Assembly: GCA_024679065.1 (NCBI GenBank)
Contig: JAGIQG010000009.1
Coordinates: 100,254,001-100,318,000 of the forward strand
From: Sphyrna mokarran
Taxonomy: Eukaryota
DNA length: 64,000 nucleotides
Direction of reading: 5' to 3'
This document shows positions 12,801 through 26,276 of this stretch, piece by piece (the first letter of the stretch is position 1; each line of letters starts with the position of its first letter). Under the pieces are notes generated by a model. The model worked only from the letters and a program-made list of their open reading frames with translations, did not search any database and had not been told where the DNA came from. Both the position numbers and the translations under genes were made by a program.

Positions 12801-13793
12801 TTTTCCCCCATATTCCAATCTGTGTTAATCGCTTCTAATTACCTCGGTTGGGCAATTGTCATTAACATTTCAATCATGTCACGCATTGTATGGATTATGC
12901 AAGCTTGAGGAATTCATCATCCATTCCTCCAGAGTACATTTTCCATAATCACATCTGATCAGAAAATGATGGCTTTCCGACGATGTATTTATTGAAATAT
13001 TGCCAAATCCCCTTTGTGCAATATAGCAATATATATATCGTCATATCAAATAGTTCAAGCTGTACAAAGTATTCATGGTGCATTCTTTCAAACACAGAAA
13101 AAAAAAACAACCCATTCATGTTCTTACAGATATGTGATCCACCGGAATTGAAGGATAGCACACCAAGAGTCTATGCGTTTTTTTTTATTTGCTGCAGTTG
13201 TATGCACCCTGTGAGTCGCACATAGACAATGTCACCCTGCTCCCATTGGATTTAGTCCTTCGCAATGGGGTGGAATTTAATGTAAATTCTTACATTGTCT
13301 TTCCTCCAGAAAAGTGGGTGAAATCATGTTAATTCCCAGTATATGTCATGCTCTAATCCCATGATTTAGATTGTCAAGTTAACATTGAATCTCATTGCAT
13401 TGTCCTTGTATCGTAAATTCCGTGCTTGTATCACGAGAAAATATTGAAATAATACACCAGATCCAAATTTTAAAATAAATCACGTTTGTCGTGATCAGCA
13501 GGCCCAAGTGCTGATCCTTGCCGGACAGATTTTCTTTCTGAAAATGAATAATTTATTATTACTCTGCTTTCTATCTTTTCAAAGATTCTAAAAAAAAATA
13601 CAACATCTAACTTCAAACCCATGTTTATTGTGTCAGACGTTCTCAAATTTGAACTCCGTTTCAGAAATCCAACCGTATGTTCAATCAGATCGCAGGTTCA
13701 ATTGAAGTGATCACAGTTGAATGCAAAATAAACACTTACTTTAACGTTCTAAATATTATGATTTCCTTTATGTAATTCGTGAAATTCCGCGTT

Positions 13794-14028
13794 ATAGAGC
13801 CACAGAGACATGGGGATATTCAGCACGGATTCTGGCCTTTCAGTTCTATTGATCATTTTTTCTGTTATGCAATCCCAGCCAATCCTATTTTCATCCACTT
13901 GGCCCTTATCCCTCTAATCGTTTCTCACGTGTATGAGCATCCAAATGTTCTTTAAATATTGCTATTGGACCTCCTCAACGACTTTCTTTGGCTGCTGAGT
14001 CTATATACATAGCATTTTCTGTGTGAAG
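13794..14028 (-). mobile_element. Old CR1 3' end
   Basis: Tail remnant at 13794, then cacttggcccttatccctctaa...catccaaatgttctttaaat...ctgtgtgaag (reverse complement of FTQ...FKEHLD). Confidence 0.7.
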
Positions 14029-15200
14029 CATGGACTTTAGCAAGACCTTTGACAAGATGGTGCATAGTAGTTTGTTGCATAAGGTTAAATCTCACGGGAT
14101 CCAGGGCGAGGTATCTAAATGGATACAAAATTATCTTCTTGATTGAAGCCAGAAGGTGGTTGCGGGTGGCTGTTTTTCAAGCTAGAGGTCTATGGTCAGC
14201 AATGTGTCTGAAGTATCAGTACTGGCTCCACTGTTATTTGTCATTTATATTAATTATTTGGATGAGATTATATGATGCATAATTGGTGAGTTTGCAGATG
14301 ACACCAAGACTGATGGTTCAGTGGATAGTGAATGAAGTGTTCAACGATTGCACCGGGATCTTGATTAATTGGGTAAATGAGCTGACGAATAGCAGAAGTA
14401 GTTTATGTTAGATAATTGGGAGGTGACACATTTTGGTAGATTGAATTAGGACAGGAATTACTCGGTTAATGGCAGAACGTTGGGGAGAATTACAAACCAA
14501 AGAGACCGAGGGATACATGTTCATAGTTTCTTGAAAGTGGAGTCACACGTGAAGAAGGCATTCAGCATGCTTGATCTCATTGGTTAAAACATTGAATATT
14601 GGAGTTGGGACGTATTGTTGAAGTTATACATACATTGGGAAGCCCACACTTGGAATACTTTGTACAGTCCTAGTCACCCTATTATAGAATCGATTATGTT
14701 ATCAAACTAGAAAGAGCACAAAGAAGGTTTACTGGCATGCTACCGGGACTTGATGATTTGATCTATAAGAAGAGGCTGGGTAGACAGGGACTTTTTTCCT
14801 TTGAACATAGAAGGCTGAGGGATGATCTTCTAGAGGTCTATGAAATAATGAGTGGCAGAGACCAGCTAGATAGTCAACATTTTTCCCAAAGATAGGGGAG
14901 ACTAAAATTAGAAGGCATTGTTTTAAGGTGAGAGTGGACGGATACAAAAGTGTCCAGAATGACGTTATTTTTTCACACCGTGGGTGGTGAGTGTCTGGAA
15001 CAAACTGGTACAGGTGGTATAGAGGCGGGAACATTTTTTTTCGTTTTTTTAAATTAGAAAACCAAATGGGTAAGATTGATCTGGGAGGCGGGGGGGAGGG
15101 CGGTATTGGCCAAAACTGGGCAATTGGCATTAATTTAGGGTTTTTAAAAAAATTGGCATGGGTGAGTTGGATCGAAATATGCATCGTTCATACTCTTTGC
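14029..15200 (+). mobile_element. CR1 LINE, RT domain to 3' UTR
   Basis: MDFSKTFDK at 14030, FADDTK (tttgcagatgacaccaag) at 14291, PHLEY.VQ at 14643, FFT..VVSVWNKL near 14970. Confidence 0.92.
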
Positions 15201-17787
15201 CATATAAATGTTGATAAGCTGCAATCAGAAAATATTAAAATCTGTATCTATCCGGTCAATCACATGCATTCTGTTTTTTTTGATTGGTCTGGCATTGAAC
15301 AGTAGAAAAAAAAACAGGCAAAGGTTTTGGACGATAATTTTATGTTGCGAGTTGTGCTCGAGCTCCTTCACAGGTACAGGTACTGCGACCAAATATATAT
15401 ATATATATATAGAAAACTGCTTTTAATTTAAAATGAATACTTGTTTAGTTTTAAGTAATGAGAGATGATTCAACTGTTCGTAATATGACAATGAAGGGCA
15501 AAAATGTATGATTTCTACTGCATCTGAAAAAAAACACGTAATATTCGATCTAAAACATTCAAGGACAGGACAAGACATAACTTCAATATTAGAAAATTGG
15601 GATCAATTTTCATAAATATATTGACGGCTTAACTTTTTGAGGAATTTTCAGCGAGTCGTCGCACTCCTGGATTGCAGAACAGTGCTCTCGGGCCACATCA
15701 CGTCAGGTGATAAAGTTTGAATTGACAAGAAAATATAATGCCTCATTATGACCAAAAGGCAGTTGTCGATTGTCTTGAAAATCACACAGTTTGAGGGCAA
15801 TGAATAACTGATTCAGCTAAAGCGACCTAAATCCCGTCACGTATTAAGCGAAAACTGAAACAGTGACGTTTCTTATAATGAGGGCTCATTTACGTCTTTG
15901 CGCTAGAAATACATGAAACATTTAAGGATCATTGGCATACTGTTTGCAGACTAATAATTTAATATTATGCAATTGCCTGGAAGCTGACGACGACTCTAAT
16001 CAAATATAGTTGTATATATCATTTTGCGGGCAACTTTTAAAAGTAACTGACGTGCTGGAAGAAATGCATTTTTACTTAATGTTTTAAGGATAGATCTTTG
16101 TTTATTATCAATAGAAGTTCAAATTCACTCGTGGATAGAAATCCAGAAATTTCAATTTTTATTCCTGCCGAGACAAACTACCATAGGACGCTATGGTTGC
16201 AATAGAGGATCGGGAGAAACAAAAAGAAACAATACCCCATTAAATATGAGCACATTATTACTCCTTCTAGAGAATGATTATGACCTGTACCTTTGGAAGA
16301 AATCAGAATATACGTTAACATCCTAAGTACATGACAATGAAGAAAGCATGACGCGAGACAATTACAAGGATCGTTGCAAAATGAGACCAGCAGCGCGTTT
16401 GAGTTTCAATAGTTTGCAGCAAGGAGAGATGCTGATTTTTTTTTCTGCTGTTTGTCATGAATTTTCTAACAAATGAAATGCGGAAATTATCGTTGCATTC
16501 TGACTATTATGTAATAGTGTTAGGTGGAGGGAGAGGGTTTCTTTGACCGTGAGTGATTGTCCAAAAACTGGAAATACATATTGATAGACATGGGTCTAAA
16601 AATTCAGAAACAGTCCCGCTATGATTTAACATGTCCGTTGGGACCACAAGGTAGTGCTTATCTATGGAGGCAGGACATTGAGGATAGAGTGCATCACCCG
16701 ATTTGGCCACAGCCTTGTTGTTGAAAATTAGATTCATAAAACAATTTCCAATTGAATTGTCAACTTATTTTGCCTGCATGGAACATTTCTGCATTTGTCA
16801 CAACACCGGTTTTATGACGCAAAACAAGATTTCAACCTGCAGCACGTTACCTTTGCAGGCATCGTTTCAAAACTGGTCAAGGAATGATTTTGCTAATTGG
16901 CGCCATCTATCGGTATTATAGTTATTCGAATTTCTTAAACACCAAAAGAAAAACTCAACGAGCCTTACTTAAGGACAGGAAAATCACGCCCGGCGCAAAA
17001 TTTCTTCAGAAGTTACTTCATTAATTGGATTTGAACTACTGACCCACGTAGCCAAATTTGAAAGGCATTTTTACTTTAAAGCATTTTGATGGCCACAGAA
17101 TTCATCCAAAGCTTCAATAATGTTGTGACGCGATCCAAAAACAGCAAGACAATTGCGTTCATGGTAGCTCTCAGTTTGGAAGCTGTTCTTTCAGGAAGTT
17201 GAGCGTTTTTTTTTTTCTGCAAGCTTATTACAAACCGCTGTTGCTGTTCCGATTGATCAGCAAGAGGGTCAAATGATAAAAATAGTGTATGCGTTGCCAA
17301 ACCAGTTAGCTTCCTTCCCATCGAATGGGTGAAGCTTCCTGCCTGCTAGTAGAGCCACAATCATCCAGAAAATATGAATATATTGCATTAGAAACGTGGC
17401 TTATACCTTGTAAAAATGGAGATTGTTGTCAATCCTCCACAATAATGACGTAGTTAAATTATTGCTCATTTCTAAACCCGGAGATGTTGGTAGGAGATGC
17501 TCAACTATAGAACTAGTTAAGGTCACACCACACGCATTTTCTTCATCCCTTCAAATTAGAGATTTTGCGTGCGGCAGTCAGCCATTTATCTTTAAACATT
17601 CCAATATCGCTTATAGCATTTATTTAATAACTAAGTATTTCTTTTCCTCGTTAGATCATTCCCAATTTGTATTCAGGAATCATTTAACAAGACCCGTCTT
17701 CGCTTTTTAACTTATAAACACTTTGAGAGAAAAAAAAACAATAATTCAGACGTATCAGTAGATTGTCACGTCTTGAATCACCACTGA

Positions 17788-18048
17788 GGCACAATAATTT
17801 GGAGTATTGCCTCACGGCGCCAGGACCTGGGTTCGATTCCCGGCTTAGTCACTTTTTGTGTGAAGTGTGTATGTCCCTCCGTGACCGCGAATTTCTTCTG
17901 TGTATTGTGGTTTCCTCCTACATTTTGACAAGTGCTGGTTAGGTGCATTGACCCGAACAGCCAGCGGACTCTGGCGACTAAGGGAATTTCACAGTATCTT
18001 CCCTGCAGTGTTAATGTAACCCTTACTTATGATAAATAACTAAACTTT
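17788..18048 (+). mobile_element. tRNA-derived shark SINE
   Basis: Head tgcctcacggcgccaggacctgGGTTCGATTCCCgg (pol III B-box at 17830). Tail tggcgactaagggaatttcacagta...cagtgttaatgtaa. Confidence 0.9.
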
Positions 18049-20257
18049 AATTTCTTTAGAGATGCGTTCTCTATTTTATACTTCACTTATTGTTATATTG
18101 CATGGGTTGCAATGCATAGATGTTTCACATCATTTCCATCTATCATATATACTATTTATACAAAAGTTGACCCAATCTCTGATAAATGCCATTCTGTCCT
18201 TTGCTTTTAATTCATATGCAGTGACGGTTTCCGAAATTGATGATAATTTGAAAATACATAAGGCATTTCACATCACTTTCACAATTTTAGCAGCAACGTT
18301 ATAGGTAGTGTAACCTCTCCAAAAAAACGTTACACTGATGCAACTAACTTTGACATGCTATGGTTGCATTATTCAATTAATTTGAACGCAGCTTTTTCTG
18401 CTCTTTTTTCACTTATTGCAAAAGTGAACATATGCTGAGGCCTAAACTTCTGAAAATAAAATGCATTACCTGAGGCTTATGTTGTTATTTTTACGATCAT
18501 TTCCCGAAAGCTCTCGGCTTTCGTGTATATGACTCTCAGTGATCCGAACATATTGTACTCTGTTCTATGGTTAAAGTTTTATTTTTTGTTTTGTTTTCTT
18601 TTCCTTTAATTCACGTTTCTGTGTTTCTCTTTCTATTTCCTCTTCCGATCCCCATGTTCTTGATTTCTCTTTACCTTGCAATATTATGTTGACTAAATGA
18701 ATACTACACTGTAAACTTATTTTCTATTATACCTAAATACGCAGAAAGCCAAAATTACACTAAATGACAGAGAGAGAGCTTTGAATTCTATTTTTCTCGG
18801 CGTCATCATTGTCTGCTCCTTCTTTGGTGCTATGATTATTGTTACTTAGTGGCCCGCGCCATTTTTTTTTCAAGAATGCGTGCTAATAGATATTTGTGGA
18901 GTGGCGAATTATAGAATGAAAAGTGGAAATTCAAATTTTATGTCGATTTTTCGGATGGTAATGTTTTCATTAACTAAGCACCCATGGTGGTTTTTTTCGT
19001 CTTTTGCGTCGAACTGGTGGGACTACTGAGGTAATAATTCGGGAAGAGATTGATTGCCCTCGAAAAACCACAGCCATTACATTAATGTATTTTGTCAATT
19101 TTCACAAACAGGCTTTAATGCAGTCAACGATCCTGAAGAAATTCAAATTCGGTACCTTTGAACAAATTTTGAGCGACATGCTTTCTTCTGTAAGATTTTT
19201 AACTCCACCATATAGTGAACAATTCGGTGATGAATTTGTGTAGACTGATGGCTCTTAATTGCATTACAATTGGATTGCCGAGCTTTTATTAAGCATTAAA
19301 TACCTGGAAATGTTTCACATTACCAGGTAGATGCACGTCATTCTTATACTTCGTAAGACATTGGATTGCGTTGAGCCTTTGCGTCCTTTACCTTTAAACA
19401 ATGCATTCACTATTTTGTAGGTTTCACATGGATGAATGTCATTGAATAAATCAAAACATAACTGGTAATTGTGACGCTGAGAACTTCTCAAATATGGGGA
19501 GTTGCATTTCCCATTCCTCATCCATTGCCCAACGGCGTAGTTCTACAATTGTGACATTGTTCCTTTGATGTCAGGTATCTCAGCGAGCTCCTCTTCCACC
19601 TTATCCTAAGCCACTTGTTTTGTTTGGTAAAGTTGGAGTAAAAATGCACATGCAGTACGATGTCCAGGTGTACTGAATCCGTACTGACAAGTCTTTCTTT
19701 AATAAAGCCAAATTTTGAGCTTCAGAAATATCTGAAACCTGTAAAACACGCTTGATGTATTGTAAATTTTTGAAGTTTCTCCTCACACCGTTTGCTTTTT
19801 CCGGATGCATATGCAGACCAAAAATGCATTGCTAAACAATAAGGATCAAATTTTAATGCAGAGCCATTATGCCAGGTTGCGTTAACGTGTCCAAAATATT
19901 CTAAAGAACACATTAGTAAGCCTGCCTAACAACGATAATAAGATCGTGTGATCATATTTCTGTACCATAATGCTCGATCTTTTTCTTCAATTGTCCAATT
20001 TCTGAAAAAAAGAGGACGTTTATCCTTATTTCGGCGAATGAACTGAATTTTGTTTCATATCAAATTCCCAATTTATTGCACCAATATTCAGCTCTGCAAT
20101 TTCTGAATCGTTTTAATGAAAAAGCTGAAGTTTTCCTCTTCTTCCAATAAGAAATAGCTTTGAGCAATTTACTAATTTTATGAAGAGTACTTCACGCCTT
20201 TTTGCGCCATGTTTTGATATAAATTTCATTTTTTTCCTTGGAATCATGACGGAATAC

Positions 20258-20305
20258 TTACCAGTGAGACCAGCATTATCATTACCAGTGAGACCAGAAT
20301 TATCA
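20258..20305. repeat. 24 bp tandem duplication
   Basis: ttaccagtgagaccag(c/a)attatca x2. Confidence 0.9.
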
Positions 20306-20331
20306 AGAATTATTATTGCCAATATGCCACT

Positions 20332-20359
20332 CACACACACACACACACACACACACACA
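20332..20359. repeat. (CA)n microsatellite
   Basis: Perfect CA run of about 14 units. Confidence 0.98.
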
Positions 20360-20689
20360 AAGCCTAACATTTTAGTTTTCGCTGATTTTAATGACTAGAA
20401 CTTTCCCCAATGCAAATTAAAATGTCTGATCACTGTATATTGGGAATATATCATTTTGATCTTGTTGCTGCTTGAAAATTAGAAAGACTCACCTCGGTGC
20501 CTGTGCTATATATATGGGACTTGATGGTTACTATGGCTAAATTTACCAGTATGTTTGACAAATTCCGTGCTCATTCAACATGCTAACCGTATTAGCCAAT
20601 GTAACAAAAACTGCTTTCTTTGATATTGGTTATTGTTTGTTTCCTTAAATATATTCGCACTGTCAATGTCAATATTTCAACAGCTAACT

Positions 20690-21035
20690 TTTTTTTGCAG
20701 GGGAATACGACAGCGTAGATAGGATGAAATTGTAGCTGTTCATAACATGACATATCGGGAGTTCACATACTTAAAATTGTGTGCAAAAGAGTCAAAGGGG
20801 ATACGCGAGCTTTTTTTTTTCATGCAATGAGGGTTTCTGGTCCAAAAGCACAACTTGGAAATGCGGTGAAGGGGTATTAAACAAGGAATTTAATAGGGAA
20901 TTTAATTATTACATCAGTGGAAACAATGTGTACAGTTATGGAAATAAGCCCACAGAACTGAGCTATGATGCACTTTGGTCTGACACGATGGAACAAATTA
21001 TCATAATTGATTCCATAAAAAATCCATGAGTCTAT
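20690..21035 (+). mobile_element. Ancient CR1 3' fragment
   Basis: cacatacttaaaattgtgtgcaaaagagtcaaaggggat...tttttcatgcaatgagg...tttaatagggaatt, a degenerate GH.LK...FF.QRV...FK.ELD. Confidence 0.55.
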
Positions 21036-22182
21036 GTTTCTGAGAAAGCAAGCTTAACATTTTGAAATGGTCGATATTTGATATGTTTTTATAGTTAATT
21101 CAGTCTATATTACTTAAATATATATTTTTGTTGTCTAATTTTATTGTCTTACAAGGTGATTATATATACGTTGCGCAAAGTTGCGGAGAAACCGTCAATA
21201 GCCCTTAAATGCCCGCCTTGGTCTAATGCACGCGGACAAGAAAGCCGTTGTTGACATTATTACCCAGTTCAAACTGAGCGATATATGAACAACACTTCGT
21301 GGAATGTACTCTAGTTTGAGTCTTCATGATGCTTGTTTTGTATATTCAGCGTCCCCATAATCATCAAGTTTTTTAAATAGTTAAATTTCTCTTCCATTAA
21401 GAAAATGCATTTGATGAATAGGGTGGTACAGTGTCATAATGTATACCTCTGTGTTGTCACTCGAAACATTGCGCAATAGTGCGTCATTCATTGGCTAATA
21501 ATTTCAATGGAACATTGCCCCTGTTGAGTCCTAAGACTGACGCAATTACACATAGATATTCAAACGAATTTACCAACGTCTTTTGCAAGCATCTGTCTCA
21601 CTGTAAGAGGGATCAAAAAGTATCAGAACTTTAATTATCAGGAGATGATTGTTGTAGAAACATACGACTTCAAGAGCTATAATGTTTCTTCAATATTAGT
21701 TTCACATGGGAAAAATGCATAACATTAAGCTAATAAATGTTTTGCAAACAAATAAGAATACATGTTTATGGAATTTTTAAAATTCCAATCACTGACACAC
21801 CTAGAATAATCCAATGGTACCAGATACCAATTCATGTTTCGAGGAGCAAGTGTCACGTTGCAAAATTGTGCTCTCCGGTGCTTTAACATGTTGAACGCAA
21901 GTGGCATATGTTCGTCACCTGTAGTAACTGTGACCCTATTATATCCAAACATGTTATTAATACAGGAATGATTCTACGTAACATTCTCGAGAAACAAAAA
22001 TGTTACTTAGATTAATTCCTCTATTAATAATATGTTTGATACAAGAGGGTCACAGTTCTAGAAATAATATTTCACTCGAATCATGTGTGTTTAAACTTAA
22101 TAAATTGCCGATAGGCATTTAATAGAATACTTGTTTTAATATACTCGTTTCTGCTGCGTGTTTGTGCTTTTATTTCCCGTGG

Positions 22183-22311
22183 TGTAGAGATGCCGGCGTT
22201 GGACTGGGGTGAACACAGTAAGAAGTCTGACAACACCAGGTTTAAATCCAACCGATTTATTTGATAGTAAACTCACAAGCTTTCGATCCTCTGGTCTTCG
22301 CCAGGTGAATT
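22183..22311 (-). mobile_element. Penelope-like solo terminal repeat (same family as 46402)
   Basis: tgtagagatgccggcgttggactggggtgaacacagtaagaagtctgacaacaccagg aligns closely with 46402-46530. Confidence 0.85.
22270..22311 (-). ncRNA. Minimal type I hammerhead ribozyme, core-mutated (CUGGCGA)
   Basis: Minus strand: AAUUCAC-CUGGCGA-A-GACCAGAGGAUC-GAAA-GCUU-GUGAGUU. Stem I has 7 bp, but the conserved A of CUGA is G. Confidence 0.65.
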
Positions 22312-22479
22312 GTACAATTGGCCTTAGCACGGCTAAAACGCCATGAGGAAGTTAGATCCAGGAGAGTAGACCTTAATTAGGACGGCAAATATGATACCCG
22401 CCTTCCATGTTCACAGCCGTTAAAAAGATTGCACCTGTAACGGCTATGGGCAGAAAACACAGAAGTCATATGGTGTCAG

Positions 22480-22508
22480 CAAATATATGTGATCAAATAT
22501 ATGTGATC
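22480..22508. repeat. 14 bp perfect tandem duplication
   Basis: caaatatatgtgat x2. Confidence 0.9.
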
Positions 22509-25500
22509 CCAAACTAACGAATCGGTGAATACTCTTCTGGCGTAACTCATCGAGTCGTGATGTAACTAAATGCAATGCAAACTAATTATTTCAAAGAGAT
22601 TTTCTGGATATGGTAGTGTGTACTAAATCCCATGCAGCATTCAAAAGTGCCTCATTGTTTCTGTCACATAGCTAACTGCTCCGATCGACATATAATAATA
22701 TTATCGAACGGCAAAGTGAATATAAAGAAACCGACACGTCGTTCAAGAGAAAAAAAAACAAAACATCAGTGAACATATATTGTTCGTAAAAAAAAACAAA
22801 TGCAGCTGCTGCTTCGTTTTTTGGCAATCTATGAACACAAGATTTATTTAGTTCTCAATTGCTTCGTCCATGGATTTCAGTTGTCATTCAAAACAGCTTG
22901 ACTTTAAAATGATACCGGTCATTTGCCCTCACAAATGTTTAACATTCGTTTGCAATAACTGAAAATTCTGTTCATCAGTATTCTTTAAATAAATCGAATG
23001 ATGTGTTGAAACCCCGTTTTCCAACTTTTAATACCGTCTTCTAATTGAAAAATGCAATGCGAATCCGACTTTGTAACAGTATTGACTTTTCTTATAATTA
23101 GGCATGCATCTCAGGAACAAATTCGTCGTTTTCTGGCGCCTGGCATTCGTACCAGAGATATTATTCAGCACCAATCGTCACAGTTTTATTTAAACATATA
23201 TTTTTAAAATATATAAACTCCGTTTGAACCTGTTACTTTTTTTTAGATTAAGTTCATAAGGACATTGCTTAATTGGAACTGTTATCCTACACATATGTAA
23301 TGAAAAAAAATGCTGCTTCCCAGGCTGTTCCCAAATATAGGGTCGTTAGATTGCAGTGACTCTTTCAGGACTTTTTACCTCTGAAATCTAATGCTTTGAT
23401 TTATCTCTATTTCTGATTGCCCAGGTGATTTTGCGGAAGACATGTTTTGACTTATTCGATTAGCTTTTTTTTAAAATTCTGAGTTGTTACAACTACCACA
23501 TCTTCCTCCTGAGTTTTGTCTGTATCAAAATAGCGTTTCTACATATTGTCATGACTCAGTGATTTTTTTTTTCTTTATCATACTGTCTAATTAAATCATT
23601 CACTTAATTTAATTTTGAATTGATAAACGCCCATAAACTGTATATTAATCGTTAACTTACCTCTGGAAATAATATGTTTTCCCTACCATTGATACTCTAA
23701 TATTGTTATCTATCATCTGCATTCTCTTTCATCGCGCCAGACAATGTTTATATATTGTACTTCAAATAACCAGTCCTATTTAATCCTAACTTATATTTTA
23801 ACGCAATTACCAACAATGTGATTCCTCAGCGCTAACTCAGGAATTAATCCATGATCAATTTATGTGACTCAGTTTTCTCCTCAACAAAACTTCAATTCGA
23901 AATAACTGAATTTGTTCCTGTGATGCATGCCTAATTACAAATAATATAAATGTAATTAATTTTCCGCAATCCTCTGGATGCTCCTAATATTGGCGCTGGA
24001 CATAGTCTTCCTGACAAACTGAATCATATACAAGTAAGTGAATTGATTTACTCCAAAACTGACAATAACGCCCTTGAATAACTGCAAAGTAATTTTTAAA
24101 CCTTAATCTGATCGGATTTCGGTGGGCAGTCTGTAACTAGTACATAAAATAAGTGAGCCTTTTACAAAACTTATTGCTGTAGTTTTAGGTAATAACATGG
24201 CCCTGGAAATCTCGCAGACACGTGCATTTTGGTTAACAATAAGTAATTTCTAGGCAGTGTAACGCAATCATTTAGGACCTCAGTCAAATGCAAGAAGGTG
24301 TGCGAACGATGTTGCAATTTTTTTTTCTTGTTTCCTGAAATGTGCAGCAAATACCACATAATTCAACTACATGCTTATGCAATTCCAGCCGACATTTTTT
24401 TCTAGCATTTGTCCTTGTGTTTTCCTTTCTAATAAATGGCATCCGTTTGCAACTGCATGTCTAATTTGCAAAACCTCATTTCTATAACTCAGTGATAACT
24501 AATCATGATATAATTCTGACCACTTATCATGTAGCCGAATATGTAACTGTCTCCACTTCCTAATTTTAACATTACTTTTAATGCAGTGCATTTTAATAAT
24601 TTATTCATATTCTCCTTTCTCTGCTTTATGATACAGCTACTTTATCTATCCATCTATCTGTTTTAATTCTGTTAACTTTCCTGAATTCAAGGGATTCATT
24701 TAACCTCTATTAGTGTTTGATACCTCATGGAATATCTAGTCAAATACTGCTTCTGATAATTGAACCACCGTTTCGTTATGTTTAACCGTTAATGTTTCCC
24801 CCTCAGGTAGCAAGATGTGGCTTTGCGAACTTGTTTCCGCACCGTCGGACAACATCACAGAATATGCTACGTATAATACTTCTGTTGTTTCGTTGTCCGC
24901 TGATGTTTGATTCAGAATAGCCATTACCTCTGACAGTGACGCACTATATCGTTACTCAAGGTAAATTGAATCCCAAAAGAAGTCTGTGATTACTAACACC
25001 ATATTAGCAACTACCATCAAACACACCAGTTGTAACTTACATGATGAAACGTCACTCCCCTCCCCCATTAATTGTACATAATAACATATTTTCTTGTTAT
25101 ACTCATTCGGAACTGCATATTGCCTCAGTGCTCACCATTAGCGATTGATTTGCTTTGTATGCTATATTATGATAAGCTTTTTATTAGTCCACTTTGCGCA
25201 TTTGTTCAAATTACCACATAAATAAAATAAATTAAAATGTCTGCACCCGCTTATCATCTATCCTAAGAATAGGCAGTGAATTACTTTCCACGTCTTCAGC
25301 TTCAGTTTCAGAGTCATTTGTCTACTGCCAAACCCCACGAGCTCAACTCAGTTCCAGTCAGATTTCTCAAAGATATTCTTAATACAGGAGTATTGCGATG
25401 CTGTGCCCCAATATAATACAGTGGCAAGATTCAATGACCCATCTTCATATTTTCCTCTTCAACCTGAAGCAAACTATCGTTACTATCTGCAATGACACTT

Positions 25501-25645
25501 GCATTTCCTTGACCATCTGCAGATCTCACTTCTGTGCAATTGCTTTTGCTCGCAGTTTGAGACACATTGAAAACCAACTATTGACATATGAACCATCTGC
25601 CTGACAATTCTGCTACCAGTCCCATTGTTTTAAGCAGTTACTCTG

Positions 25646-26276
25646 TGTTAGCGCGAGTGGGCGAAACAATTACGACGGACCCAGGGTATAGTTTTATTTT
25701 CTTTACGTGGACGGAGGTGCAGTCAGGACATACAATCAAACTGTCCCGAAAGCACCCTGAAGACCCGCCGCAAAGGCTTACAGTTATACCTGAACTTCGG
25801 TATATTGTACGATTCAAATGCTAATGCTTTCTTTACGGTATTCGACTTTAACCACCCTGTCTTGATGTTTTCAAGTATTGAGACGATTGTTTTAAGTGTG
25901 TGTTAATCGTTTTTATTTGATTGGATATTAATGGGCTAGAATCTCCGGGGTTTGAACAATGGGTGTGCGATTATTCTCAAGACGTTTGAGGGGCGAGAGA
26001 TGCTTCATTAGCTAGGCTCGTCTTTAGGTTTCTCCATAGGTTGTTTGACGGCGTTAGAAGTGCTGATTTGGTGGTGTGGGGATGTGTTTTTAATTTAGTT
26101 CCCGTAGGTGCTATCCTGTCCAGCTTCCTTTGTGTGCTAGTGCTCATTTGCATTCTGAAAGCAGGCTCTTGCCTGCTAGTCTGTGTCTGTTCCTTTGTGA
26201 GTTTTAGTGGAGAGGCTCTGAGTGTAATTTTAGTCTGCTTGCATATTGTGTGCCCAATTTCATAAAATCCTCAACA
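25646..26276 (-). mobile_element. Possible solo LTR
   Basis: TGTT...AACA termini, AATAAA on the minus strand about 50 bp before the end (ttttatt at 25692), and a composition shift relative to the flanks. No target-site duplication found. Confidence 0.4.

Noticed and set aside
17788-17850. tRNA gene
   Set aside because: A B-box is present, but there is no cloverleaf and the sequence continues into a SINE body and tail.
25741-25785. GAAA...CUGAAGA as another hammerhead
   Set aside because: Only 5 nt separate the motifs, so stems I and III cannot form.
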